A DNA stretch of 64,000 nt from a virus (taxonomy: Duplodnaviria > Heunggongvirae > Uroviricota > Caudoviricetes): the IMG/VR virus record IMGVR_UViG_2609459826_000002; one strand, written 5' to 3'. The stretch's first letter is position 1. Each line of letters begins with the position of its first letter. Shown here piece by piece: positions 38,307 to 48,152 of this stretch. The notes beneath the pieces are model-generated. The model saw only the letters and a program-made list of their open reading frames with translations. It did no database searches and was not told the DNA's origin. Both the position numbers and the translations under genes were made by a program.

Positions 38307-41300
38307 TTAGACTGTCCAGCTGTTCGACACCACTTCTGCCTGCTTCAAAATCAGTTCCACGGCGCCCGGCGTTTTGTCCGGCGGATACTTATACTTACGC
38401 AGCGTCTGGCGCACCAGAATACGCAATCGGGCACGCACGCTTTCACGCACCTGCCAGTCCACGGTGGTGGACTGCCGCAATTTCAATGTCACTTCGATGG
38501 CCAGCTTTCTCAGCGTATCATCGCCCAGTTCACGCACTGCACTTTCATTTTCAGCCAGCGCATCATAGAAGGCGATTTCATCCGGGGTCAGCCCCAGCGC
38601 ATCATCACGCGCCATCGCCTCCTGGAACGCTTTCGCCATCTGGATCAGCTCTTCAATCACCTGCGCGGTCTCAATGGCGCGGTTATTGTATTTGAGCAGC
38701 ACCGCTTTCAGTCGGTCGGAGTATTTCTTCTGCTGCACCACGTTATTGCCCGAACGGGCATGAATGCCGTCATTGAGCAGTTTTTCCAGCAGTTCCACTG
38801 CCAGATTACGCTGCGGCATTTCCCGCACTTCTTCCAAAAACTCATCGGACAGCAAACCTATGTTCGGTTTATCCAGCCCGGCGAGTGCGAAGACATCCTC
38901 AACCCCGGTCGCGACAACCGCGTTATCGAGGATCTTGCTCAGCAGAGAGTTTTTTTCTGACTGGCTAAACTTTGCCTTCGGATCGAGCTTGATAAGCCCC
39001 ACCCTGACCGCCGAAAGAAACGCGAACTCCTCCTGTAAGGGTTTCGCCTCATCCAGCGTATTACACAGTGACCAGGCTTTACTCATCGCCAGCGAAACAT
39101 CGAGGTAGCGTTTTTTACCGTCATCCAGCCCCAGAATATAGTTCACCGCATCGCGTAAGAACGCTAACGGGTCGCGAGAAAAACCTGCGTAACTGAAGCC
39201 GGGTTTTCCTGCCGAGGGCGCAAACATCCCATGAATAATGTCGATTTTTTCCAGCAGAATGGCAAAGGCTTCCCGGGCATCGACCGTGGACTGCCCTTTG
39301 CCTTTTGAGTCGGTATAGGTTTTCAGCGCCTGCTTCAGCTCGTTGGCAATGCCGATGTAATCGACCACCAGCCCGCCGGGCTTATCGCGGAACACGCGGT
39401 TAACACGCGCAATGGCCTGCATCAGGTTGTGGCCACGCATCGGCTTGTCGATATACATGGTGTGGCAGCACGGCGCGTCAAACCCAGTCAGCCACATATC
39501 CCGCACAATCACCAGTTTCAGCGGGTCATTTAGATCTTTAAAGCGGGCTTCCAGGCGTTTTTTGGTCTGTTTGTTGTAGATATGCGATTGCAGATGATCT
39601 TTATCTGACGCTGATCCGGTCATGATGACTTTGATCGCCCCTTGTTCAACGTCTTCACTGTGCCATTCAGGGCGTATCGCCACGATGGCATCGTACAGTT
39701 TCACGCAGATCTCGCGGCTCATGGCGACAACCATCGCCTTGCCGTTCATGGCAGTGTTACGTGTTTCAAAATGCTGAACCAGATCGGCGGCGACCTGCTG
39801 AATACGTGGCTCTGAACCGACCAGCTTTTCCAGACGGCTCCAGTCACCTTTGGTTTTCTCCTGCTGGCCGGTCTCTTCATCTTCCACCAGCTCATCCACC
39901 TGATCGGAGAGCGTTTCCAGCTCCTCATGGTTCAGGTCGAGCTTTGCCAAGCGGGATTCGTAGTAAATTGGCACCGTCGCGCCGTCATCCACCGCATCCT
40001 GAATATCGTAGATCGAGACATAATCACCGAACACGGCACGGGTATCTTTATCTTCAGACGCAATCGGTGTACCGGTAAAGCCCATAAACGACGCATTCGG
40101 TAGCGCATCGCGCATATGCTTGGCGTAGCCGTATTTATAGGCCCCGGTTTGCCGGTCCAGCGTGGCGCTCAGGCCATACTGGCTACGGTGCGCTTCATCG
40201 GAAATCACCACGATGTTGCTGCGTGAGTTAAGTGCCGGATGGCTCTGCTCGTTGTCCAGAGGCGCAAACTTTTGCACAGTGGTAAAGATAATGCCGCCGG
40301 ATTCACGGGCATTGAGCAGTTCGCGCAATTCGTCACGGTCATTAGCCTGTAACGGCGTTTGCTTGAGTAAATCCTGCGCCTGGCAAAACGTGGCATAGAG
40401 CTGCCCGTCGAGATCGTTACGATCCGTCACCACCACGATGGTCGGGTTGTTCATCTCCGCCTGTTGCAGCAGCTTTCCGGCGTAACAGCACATGGAGATA
40501 CTCTTGCCAGAGCCCTGGGTATGCCACACCACGCCTGCTTTTTTACTGCCCGGCTGGATGTTACTCCGTAATGGCAGATATTTGCCGGTAGACGCCACAA
40601 TCGTCGCCGCAACCGCTTCACGCACCGCGTGGAACTGATGGTATGCGGCAATCTTTTTGATAAGCCGTTTGCCATCGTTTTCAAACAGCACAAAGAAACG
40701 AATGTAATCGAGCAGCAGTTCGCGATTAAAGAAGCCCTGCACTACCGTTTTAAGCTGCCAGTCAAACTGCGGCTTGTCGTCTTCGTTAGCCACGGTTTTC
40801 CACGGCAGGAAACGCTCTTCATCGGCGGTCAGCGAGCCGATACGCGCATTCTGCCCGTCGCTTACCACCAGCGCTTCATTGCAGATAAACAGGTCGCTCA
40901 GTTCGTTTTTATAGGTCTGTAGCTGGTTAAACGCCGCCCAGATATCGGCACTGGCATCAATCGGGCTTTTCAGCTCAAGCACCGCCACCGGCAGGCCGTT
41001 GATATAGCCAATCACATCCGGGCGACGTACCTGTTTTATGCCCTGAATCGCCACCTGATTGACCACCATAAAGCGGTTATTGGCGGTGCGGTTAAAATCC
41101 ATCAGCAGCGCTTTATCGTGGATAACCTTGTCTTCCTGCTTGTACTCAACGGGCACACCGTCGAGCAGCAGATGATGGAAGGCTTTGTTGCTGACGACAA
41201 GATCCGGGCTTTGGGCATGGGCGATACGCAGTATCACCTCTTCCAGCACGGCAACAGGGAGATGGGGATTGATGGTTTGCAGTTGCTCCAGCATCACCGG

Positions 41301-41438
41301 GCGAAGAAACACATCATGAAAGGAAGCACGCAACGGGTTGTCGCCATCCGGCGCAATATCTGGCCCGTGCAGCACTTCCCAGCCCTGTACAGCAAACCAT
41401 TGCAGGCACTGCTGTTCTAAATCGTCTTCGCTTAGCAT
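38307..41438 (-). CDS. hsdR: Type I restriction enzyme R subunit
   Basis: 1043-aa ORF with helicase motifs; operon with hsdM/hsdS; TGATG overlap with upstream ORF. Confidence 0.9.
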   Translation of the reverse strand: MLSEDDLEQQCLQWFAVQGWEVLHGPDIAPDGDNPLRASFHDVFLRPVMLEQLQTINPHLPVAVLEEVILRIAHAQSPDLVVSNKAFHHLLLDGVPVEYKQEDKVIHDKALLMDFNRTANNRFMVVNQVAIQGIKQVRRPDVIGYINGLPVAVLELKSPIDASADIWAAFNQLQTYKNELSDLFICNEALVVSDGQNARIGSLTADEERFLPWKTVANEDDKPQFDWQLKTVVQGFFNRELLLDYIRFFVLFENDGKRLIKKIAAYHQFHAVREAVAATIVASTGKYLPLRSNIQPGSKKAGVVWHTQGSGKSISMCCYAGKLLQQAEMNNPTIVVVTDRNDLDGQLYATFCQAQDLLKQTPLQANDRDELRELLNARESGGIIFTTVQKFAPLDNEQSHPALNSRSNIVVISDEAHRSQYGLSATLDRQTGAYKYGYAKHMRDALPNASFMGFTGTPIASEDKDTRAVFGDYVSIYDIQDAVDDGATVPIYYESRLAKLDLNHEELETLSDQVDELVEDEETGQQEKTKGDWSRLEKLVGSEPRIQQVAADLVQHFETRNTAMNGKAMVVAMSREICVKLYDAIVAIRPEWHSEDVEQGAIKVIMTGSASDKDHLQSHIYNKQTKKRLEARFKDLNDPLKLVIVRDMWLTGFDAPCCHTMYIDKPMRGHNLMQAIARVNRVFRDKPGGLVVDYIGIANELKQALKTYTDSKGKGQSTVDAREAFAILLEKIDIIHGMFAPSAGKPGFSYAGFSRDPLAFLRDAVNYILGLDDGKKRYLDVSLAMSKAWSLCNTLDEAKPLQEEFAFLSAVRVGLIKLDPKAKFSQSEKNSLLSKILDNAVVATGVEDVFALAGLDKPNIGLLSDEFLEEVREMPQRNLAVELLEKLLNDGIHARSGNNVVQQKKYSDRLKAVLLKYNNRAIETAQVIEELIQMAKAFQEAMARDDALGLTPDEIAFYDALAENESAVRELGDDTLRKLAIEVTLKLRQSTTVDWQVRESVRARLRILVRQTLRKYKYPPDKTPGAVELILKQAEVVSNSWTV

Positions 41439-42625
41439 CAGGCTTCCTCTGTCTCAGGATCGTCCGCTTCTTCCGGTACGTTGGATATCTCTTTCAACGC
41501 CATATTCAGTGGCGCAATAAAGGGATCGAGCGCTTTTTCAAACGCCGTCAGGTTAACCAGCAGCCAGTCGATCATCGCTGGCCAGTTGCTCTCATCAAGG
41601 TTGGTAGCAGGTGTGGCAAAGGAGATTCGGCAGGATTTTTTGCCTGGCAGCGGTTCCCACTTCAGCGCATGACCAAATGTCTCTTCAATCGCCGCTTTAC
41701 GCTCATACAGCCAGTTATAGGCAAAGGTGTTGCTCTCTGCCGAGGATTTGGCAATCCAGAACTCAACGCGAGTTTCTTTCTTACTAAAAATCATATTGTA
41801 AGAAAGTGCGCTGATACCCGAACCGGCACTAAGCCAGTGGTCTGTTGACGGGCTGATATTGTTGTACAGCGTGCAGGAACTGGCTTTCAGACGCTCCAGC
41901 ATTTTGGTCCAGAAAGCTTTGCGCAGCAGATGGCGGGTTTTCAGCTCGCCGCTGGTGGACTGCTCTTCGGCTTCTTTCTGCGCCATGCCGATCATGAAGG
42001 ATTCGGCTTCCGGCGTCGGGATCACCTGGCGAATATCAACGAAAACATCATCGTTGAATTTGTATGGTTTCACCTTAAAGCACTGCACACGCAGGCCAAA
42101 CTGCATCAACCATAGCGCGGTATTGGTGACCTCTTTGCGGAAGCTCGCCGCCACCATCATCACCCTCTGGGTGCGGCTCTGGTTAATTTGCACTTCATCC
42201 AGGCTTTCACACTCCAGAAACTCCGCCATCACCTCTGCCGCCGGACGGGTCTCTTCCGGTTCGTATTTATCGAGATAGAGTTGGAAGATGTCCAGAATCT
42301 GTTCTTTACGCAGATTGGCGCAGTAACCGGCGTATTTCAGCGCCTGCCACACTACGTCACGCCCGGAGTCATCGAGCTTATTTTCGATGATCACCAAATT
42401 GCGCTGTTTATCGATAGCCAGCAGGTCGAGGCGCTCTTTGGTGTCGTCAAAACCGGCGAACTCTTTCTGGATAATCAGCAGTTCATCATCGTTATCGCGG
42501 GTCAACGCCTGGGGATTTTTTGCCAGCCACTCCTGCAGGTGATAGCGCTCGGTATAACCGAGGCTGCTAAAAGACACCTCCTGCAACGAGTGCAGGCTAT
42601 TGGTTGGCATATCGACTTTATACAT
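41438..42625 (-). CDS. Uncharacterised protein embedded between hsdS and hsdR (PD-(D/E)XK-like signature, tentative)
   Basis: 395-aa ORF; ATGTATAA overlap with hsdS stop and TGATG overlap with hsdR start; candidate D...ExK motif ([16 protein letters not shown]); no Walker A motif seen. Confidence 0.6.
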   Translation of the reverse strand: MYKVDMPTNSLHSLQEVSFSSLGYTERYHLQEWLAKNPQALTRDNDDELLIIQKEFAGFDDTKERLDLLAIDKQRNLVIIENKLDDSGRDVVWQALKYAGYCANLRKEQILDIFQLYLDKYEPEETRPAAEVMAEFLECESLDEVQINQSRTQRVMMVAASFRKEVTNTALWLMQFGLRVQCFKVKPYKFNDDVFVDIRQVIPTPEAESFMIGMAQKEAEEQSTSGELKTRHLLRKAFWTKMLERLKASSCTLYNNISPSTDHWLSAGSGISALSYNMIFSKKETRVEFWIAKSSAESNTFAYNWLYERKAAIEETFGHALKWEPLPGKKSCRISFATPATNLDESNWPAMIDWLLVNLTAFEKALDPFIAPLNMALKEISNVPEEADDPETEEA

Positions 42626-44036
42626 TTTCCGCCTCGCTTACCGCCTGCTCGGCTTCCGGCAGGGTGATTTCACCGGAGAGGAGTTTGGGGAGAAGGGTGT
42701 CTCGGATATTTTTTAATAACACCGTTTGTTTTTTACGCTGAACTACCCCGTTGATTATGGTTTTACAATGATCTTCAAATTTTTTTACTAGTTTAAAATC
42801 AGGTGCTACTAACTCAATATTTTTCAGATGAGATGATGGCCTGGCAATAGAAGGAACACCTACTTGCGAGGCGTTTGATAATAATAGATGTTGTCCTGTC
42901 CGCGATCTAAAGAAATATAGCAAATAATAAGGAGATATTAGTTTTTTGTCTGCACGCAAAAAGAACTGTCGCTGAGATATAACATAACGTTCATATTCTG
43001 AAAATTCAGGAATGATTGAAACCTGCCCTATACTCCCTGCATGCGTAAAAATGATATCTTCGCTAAATACATTTGAGCTTTTCAATTTATCGGCATGTTC
43101 GAGTGTAATAAAATTATTCTCACCATCATTAAGAATAGATTCTTTTAAATGCTGCCCACTAATTATAGGAATACCTTCATCAACAAAGGTGGATACCTTA
43201 ATATTTGAACCAAATGGCCCCATTCCAATTTTACTAGTCAATTCTTCAGTTTTAACAACCGCCCATCCCTTTGGAATATCCCTCCCCTCGCTCTCCTGCA
43301 TCGCCGATGGAAACAGCTCTGCTGTGGCTTTTAATTGAGCATATTGCTCAGGGTGTTCACGCTCAAAAACCACCAACGCATCAGAATCTTTCCCGGAAAT
43401 CGCTGTCATAGCGGCAAGCATCGCGTCTTCCTGCGAACCGCCCGCTTCCAGTGCTGTGATTTTGGCTTTTACCGGTTCAAAATCGACAAACCAGCTTTTG
43501 AACAGGGCTTGCGCCATTTGTTCGAGAGTATGGTTGATTTGATGATTTAATAAAATTTTATCGTCGAATTTCTTTAAAACATCACCTGCAAATTTCCTTA
43601 ATCTTTTGTCAGGGAAATCATATTCATAATCGGCTAATGATTGCCATGCAACGCGTTGACGTCCAGAAGTTCCTTCCATTCTGGATCGAGCAAATGAACG
43701 GAATTCCCCAAGGCGTGAGAGATAATAAATATAATCACTATCGTACTCAGGCTCTTTTGCAGCTAAAACGATAAATTCCGTTGAACCAAAAGCAACCTCA
43801 CCATCCGATAAACCGGAAACAAGCGATGTTTTACCATTTTCAAGACAAGGTGTTATACGAGCAAACAAGGTGTCTTTATTTGCAAATTTTGAACCGCCAC
43901 CGGTGAAGATTTTTTCATCAACTCTATTTATATCTCTACCATTTTCGGGAAGTGCGGCCATTTCAACAAAGGCTGCACTTTCTCCTTTTTTTAGTGGGCG
44001 CTTTGGATTAAAAATAACCAAATCAGATAATTTCAT
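42618..44036 (-). CDS. hsdS: Type I restriction-modification specificity subunit
   Basis: 472-aa ORF with two target-recognition regions separated by conserved spacer; 14-bp overlap with hsdM. Confidence 0.9.
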   Translation of the reverse strand: MKLSDLVIFNPKRPLKKGESAAFVEMAALPENGRDINRVDEKIFTGGGSKFANKDTLFARITPCLENGKTSLVSGLSDGEVAFGSTEFIVLAAKEPEYDSDYIYYLSRLGEFRSFARSRMEGTSGRQRVAWQSLADYEYDFPDKRLRKFAGDVLKKFDDKILLNHQINHTLEQMAQALFKSWFVDFEPVKAKITALEAGGSQEDAMLAAMTAISGKDSDALVVFEREHPEQYAQLKATAELFPSAMQESEGRDIPKGWAVVKTEELTSKIGMGPFGSNIKVSTFVDEGIPIISGQHLKESILNDGENNFITLEHADKLKSSNVFSEDIIFTHAGSIGQVSIIPEFSEYERYVISQRQFFLRADKKLISPYYLLYFFRSRTGQHLLLSNASQVGVPSIARPSSHLKNIELVAPDFKLVKKFEDHCKTIINGVVQRKKQTVLLKNIRDTLLPKLLSGEITLPEAEQAVSEAENV

Positions 44037-45735
44037 AACCCAGCCCCCCCAGATTCGCCTTAATCTGTGCTTCCAGGTTCGCGCTCTCTTCCAACTGATC
44101 TTTCAGTTGCGCCGTCAGTCGTGCCATCTTCTCGGCAAAGGGCTCATCATCTTCGTCCTGCTCGGCAGCACCGACATAGCGACCTGGGGTCAGGACAAAG
44201 TCATTTTTCTTTATATCTTCCAGCGTTGCGGCGAAGCAGAATCCCGCTTCATCTTCATAGTCTTTATCCGTCTGCCATGAATGGAAGGTGTCGGCAATTC
44301 TGGCGATATCTTCACGGCTAAAATCACGCAACACGCGATCTTTCATATAACCAATCTGGCGCGCGTCTATAAACAGTACTTCACCTTTACGGTGTGCTTT
44401 GCCGTTGCCACCAGATTTATCTTTGGTCAGAAACCAGATGCAGGCCGGGATTTGGGTGTTGGTAAACAGTTGCCCTGGCAGCGCCACCATACATTCCACC
44501 AGATCCGCTTCAATCAGGTTGCGGCGGATTTCGCCTTCATTGTTGGTGTTGGAACTCATTGAGCCGTTCGCCAGCAGCAGAGCCATCGAACCTTTTGGCG
44601 CGAGGTGGTGGATCATGTGCTGCATCCACGCAAAGTTGGCGTTGCCCTGCGGCGGCGTACCATATTTCCAGCGCACGTCGTTTTCCAGCTTCGCGTTCCA
44701 CCACTCCTTCATGTTGAACGGCGGGGTTGCCATCACGAAGTCGGCACGCAGATCCGGGTGCTGGTCGTCCAGCAGGGTATCGGCGTTTTTGCTGCCGAAG
44801 TTAAAGTCGATACCCCGGATCGCCATATTCATCGCCGCCAGCTTCCAGGTGGTCGGGTTGGACTCTTGGCCGTAAACGGAGATATTGCGCTTCTGCTCGG
44901 CGGCGTTGTACTGCTTCTCGCCCGCGTGCTCTTCGATAAAACGGTCGCTGGAAACAAAGAACCCGCCGGAACCCATCGCCGGGTCATACACGCGCCCGTT
45001 ATACGGTTGCAGCATTTCAACAATCAGGGTGACGATACTTTTTGGCGTGTAATACTGGCCGCCCTGCTTACCTTCCGCCAGCGCGAACTGACCGAGGAAA
45101 TATTCGTACACGTGACCGAGAATATCTTTGCTCTTTAAGTTGAGCTTCTCGCCGTTATATTCCGGGTTGCTGAAGTTGGCGTCAGAGAAAGTATTAATCA
45201 GCCCGGTCAACACTTCGTTGCCCAATTGATACTGGCTGATACGGTTCAGAATACCTTTCAGCTTCGGGTTGGTTTTTTCGATTTCATCGAGCGCGTTATC
45301 CACCAGCCAGGACACAGAGCGCAGCGTCACATCCTTGCCGGTGGTTTCATCCACCCACAGCACGGTGCCGGTCGGCAACATGGCTTTGTTTTTCAGCGTG
45401 TCCCAGCGCGCGGCTTTCGGCACCCAGAAGATGTTCTTTTCGGTGTAGTAATCTTCCACCTCCAGTTCATCCACAATCGCCTGTGCGTACTCTTCATCAG
45501 AGTCGTAACCGTCGCGCGACATGGCATAGATGTTGTCCGGGTTGCCGACATCGCGGAACAAGGTGATTAGCTCCTGCTGACGCGCCTCGAAGGCATCGGA
45601 CACATACTTGAGGAAGATAAGCCCCAGCACCACGTGCTTGTAGTTGGCGGCATCCATGTTGGCGCGTAGCTTGTCGGCGGCTTTCCAGAATTTGTTATCC
45701 AGCTCGTTCAGGAACTGTTGTTCGGCGTTGTTCAT
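44023..45735 (-). CDS. hsdM: Type I restriction-modification methyltransferase subunit
   Basis: Start taken at MNNAEQQF with GAGGA RBS; NPPF motif (MATPPFNMKEW) and SAM-binding motif. Confidence 0.9.
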   Translation of the reverse strand: MNNAEQQFLNELDNKFWKAADKLRANMDAANYKHVVLGLIFLKYVSDAFEARQQELITLFRDVGNPDNIYAMSRDGYDSDEEYAQAIVDELEVEDYYTEKNIFWVPKAARWDTLKNKAMLPTGTVLWVDETTGKDVTLRSVSWLVDNALDEIEKTNPKLKGILNRISQYQLGNEVLTGLINTFSDANFSNPEYNGEKLNLKSKDILGHVYEYFLGQFALAEGKQGGQYYTPKSIVTLIVEMLQPYNGRVYDPAMGSGGFFVSSDRFIEEHAGEKQYNAAEQKRNISVYGQESNPTTWKLAAMNMAIRGIDFNFGSKNADTLLDDQHPDLRADFVMATPPFNMKEWWNAKLENDVRWKYGTPPQGNANFAWMQHMIHHLAPKGSMALLLANGSMSSNTNNEGEIRRNLIEADLVECMVALPGQLFTNTQIPACIWFLTKDKSGGNGKAHRKGEVLFIDARQIGYMKDRVLRDFSREDIARIADTFHSWQTDKDYEDEAGFCFAATLEDIKKNDFVLTPGRYVGAAEQDEDDEPFAEKMARLTAQLKDQLEESANLEAQIKANLGGLGYEII

Positions 45736-46078
45736 GAAAATCCTCAGGGGCGATCGCAGCGATAGTGCAAACATGCCTATCTTAAATTGGGTTTTGGAAT
45801 GCTAATCGCAAAATGATACCCGGAATGACTAGGTTCATAAACGAGATAGCGCAAAGAAGTGGAAGATGGGCTATGGCTAAGTTGACATTAAGTTCCGGGC
45901 CTCAAGCAGACGTCTCAACGTTGTCTCGCGAATATGCCAAATTATTCCGCAGCAGATGCTCAGCCCTACGGATTGACAGTCTATATTACTCTCCAAACAG
46001 TCTTCATTTACCTTCGGTTTTACGATACATGTCTGGTCGGTTGATCTGCCAGACAAAGTCTGGTCGGTTCAACGGGAG

Positions 46079-46121
46079 ATATCTGAACATAAAACACTAT
46101 CAGTAAGTTAGAGTCATTACC
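46079..46121 (+). mobile_element. Solo IS1 right-end remnant (~40 bp)
   Basis: ATCTGAACATAAAACACTATCAGTAAGTTAGAGTCATTACC nearly identical to the last ~40 bp of the intact IS1 at 46856..46896. Confidence 0.6.
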
Positions 46122-46183
46122 TCGAGATGGTAATGGTGCCAACTTACTGATTTAGTGTATGATGGTGTTTTTGAGGTGCTCCA

Positions 46184-46459
46184 GTGGCTTCTGTTTCTAT
46201 CAGCTGTCCCTCCTGCTCAGCTACTGACGGGGTGGTGCGTAACGGTAAAAGTACTGCCGGACATCAGCGCTATCTCTGCTCTCACTGCCGTAAAACATGG
46301 CAGCTACAGTTCACTTACACCGCTTCTCAACCCGGTACGCATCAGAAAATCATTGATATGGCCATGAATGGCGTTGGATGCCGGGCAACCGCCCGCATTA
46401 TGGGCGTTGGCCTCAACACGATTTTACGTCACTTAAAAAACTCAGGCCGCAGTCGGTAA
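46184..46459 (+). CDS. insA: IS1 InsA
   Basis: 91-aa [43 protein letters not shown]... matches InsA. Confidence 0.9.
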
Positions 46460-46881
46460 CCTCGCGCATACAGCCGGGCAGCGATGTGATTGTCTGCGCT
46501 GAAATGGACGAACAGTGGGGCTACGTCGGTGCTAAATCACGTCAGCGCTGGCTGTTTTACGCGTATGACAGGATACGGAGGACGGTTGTGGCGCACGTCT
46601 TCGGTGAACGCACTCTGGCCACACTGGAGCGTCTTCTGAGCCTGCTGTCGGCCTTTGAGGTCGTGGTATGGATGACGGATGGCTGGCCGCTGTATGAATC
46701 CCGCCTGAAGGGAAAGCTGCACGTAATCAGCAAGCGATACACGCAGCGCATTGAGCGACATAACCTGAATCTGAGACAACATCTGGCAAGGCTGGGACGG
46801 AAGTCACTGTCGTTCTCAAAATCGGTGGAGCTGCATGACAAAGTCATCGGGCATTATCTGAACATAAAACACTATCAGTAA
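46378..46881 (+). CDS. insB: IS1 InsB (expressed by -1 frameshift as InsAB')
   Basis: 167-aa ORF ending ...[12 protein letters not shown], matches InsB. Confidence 0.9.
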
Positions 46882-47048
46882 GTTGGAGTCATTACCCGTC
46901 CTCCGGTATTGAAAGTTAATACACAAATCAGGATGATGGAGGCTCATACTGGTACAGCGCGACCACTTATGCAGGCGTCTCTGTCAGGTTTGTTGCCCGG
47001 ATCACCCGCATCAGGGACAGGGCTGTTCAGTTATCCGCAGGAGAAAAT

Positions 47049-48059
47049 ATGTCACTCAAGGCTATCGCCGCCGAACTCGGGATCTCTGTCACCACAGTCA
47101 GCCGGGCGCTTGGCGGATTTTCGGACGTTTCCGCTTCGACCCGTGCACGTGTAGAAGCGGAAGCTCGGCGTCGTGGTTATCGCCCGAATACCCTGGCAAG
47201 ACGTCTCAAAACCGGTAAAACCGATGCGGTCGGCCTGGTCTTCCCTGAACATGCTGTACTGTTCAGCAGTAGTGTGTTTGTGGATATGGTCAGTTGTATC
47301 AGCCGGGAACTGGCCCGCCATGATATTGACTTACTGCTGATAGCCGATGATGAACGGGCTGACAGCCACAGCTATATGCGTCTGGTCGAAAGCCGCCGGG
47401 TTGATGCCCTTATCGTGGCGCACACGATGGATAATGACCCGCGTCTTACACACCTGCAGGAGGCCGGTATTCCGTTTCTGGCACTCGGTCAGGTGCCGTC
47501 CGGTCTTCCCTGTGCCTGGTTTGACTTTGATAACCATGCAGGAACCTGGCAGGCCACACAGCACCTGATTGCCCTGGGCCATCAGCGAATTGCCCTGCTG
47601 AGTGAGGACAACTCCCGTGCCTATGTCACTGCACGACGTCAGGGATGGCGCGATGCCCTGAGTGAACATGGTCTGCCTGAGACCTGGCTACGCCGGGTCT
47701 CTCCCACCCGACGCTCAGGTTTCCAGGCAGTGACTGAGTTAATGTCACTTCCGCTTCCCCCGACGGCCATTATTACCGACAGTGACCTGATCGGTGATGG
47801 CGCGGCCATGTCGCTGCAGTTATCCGGTCATCTGTCCGGAGAGGATGCCGTCTCTCTTGTGGTTTATGATGGTCTGCCGCAGGACAGTATTATTGAACAG
47901 GATGTGGCTGCAGTTCTTCAGTCAACACGACATCGCGTCGGTCGTCAGATTGCCGACATGATACGCCAGCTGGTCACGAATGTTTCACCTGAAATGCTAC
48001 AAGTACTCTGGCAGCCGGAATTTCATCCTGGCAAGACAACGCTTGCTCCCTCCGCCTGA
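47049..48059 (+). CDS. rafR: LacI-family repressor of the raffinose operon
   Basis: 336-aa ORF with N-terminal HTH (LKAIAAELGISVTTVSRAL); immediately upstream of operators and alpha-galactosidase gene. Confidence 0.75.
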   Translation: MSLKAIAAELGISVTTVSRALGGFSDVSASTRARVEAEARRRGYRPNTLARRLKTGKTDAVGLVFPEHAVLFSSSVFVDMVSCISRELARHDIDLLLIADDERADSHSYMRLVESRRVDALIVAHTMDNDPRLTHLQEAGIPFLALGQVPSGLPCAWFDFDNHAGTWQATQHLIALGHQRIALLSEDNSRAYVTARRQGWRDALSEHGLPETWLRRVSPTRRSGFQAVTELMSLPLPPTAIITDSDLIGDGAAMSLQLSGHLSGEDAVSLVVYDGLPQDSIIEQDVAAVLQSTRHRVGRQIADMIRQLVTNVSPEMLQVLWQPEFHPGKTTLAPSA

Positions 48060-48080
48060 TTTTTAATCCCGCTCACAAAT

Positions 48081-48115
48081 CCGAATCGTTTCGGTTGCTA
48101 TCCGAAACGATTCGG
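48081..48115. promoter_or_regulatory. Twin palindromic operators in rafA promoter region
   Basis: CCGAAtcgtTTCGG at 48081..48094 and CCGAAacgaTTCGG at 48102..48115, 7-bp spacer. Confidence 0.6.
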
Positions 48116-48152
48116 ATCAACAGTAAGGCATACCCGAAAACGGAGATGTCTT

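Larger units (their letters stand above)
46129..46896 (+). mobile_element. IS1 (complete, 768 bp)
   Basis: Terminal inverted repeats GGTAATGGTGCCAACTTACTGAT / GGTAATGACTCCAACTTACTGAT; encodes InsA and InsB. Confidence 0.9.

Noticed and set aside
38298-38960. Plus-strand 220-aa ORF and other ORFs inside hsdR
   Set aside because: Antisense shadows of the 1043-aa hsdR reading frame, His/Gln-rich low-complexity translation.
41438-42625. orf395 as the anticodon nuclease PrrC
   Set aside because: Same operon slot and size, but no Walker A/P-loop motif and no obvious similarity to the PrrC NTPase domain.
45813-46106. 97-aa ORF upstream of IS1 as a real gene
   Set aside because: Its C-terminus is the InsB tail encoded by a solo IS1 end remnant; the rest overlaps the hsdM promoter region.
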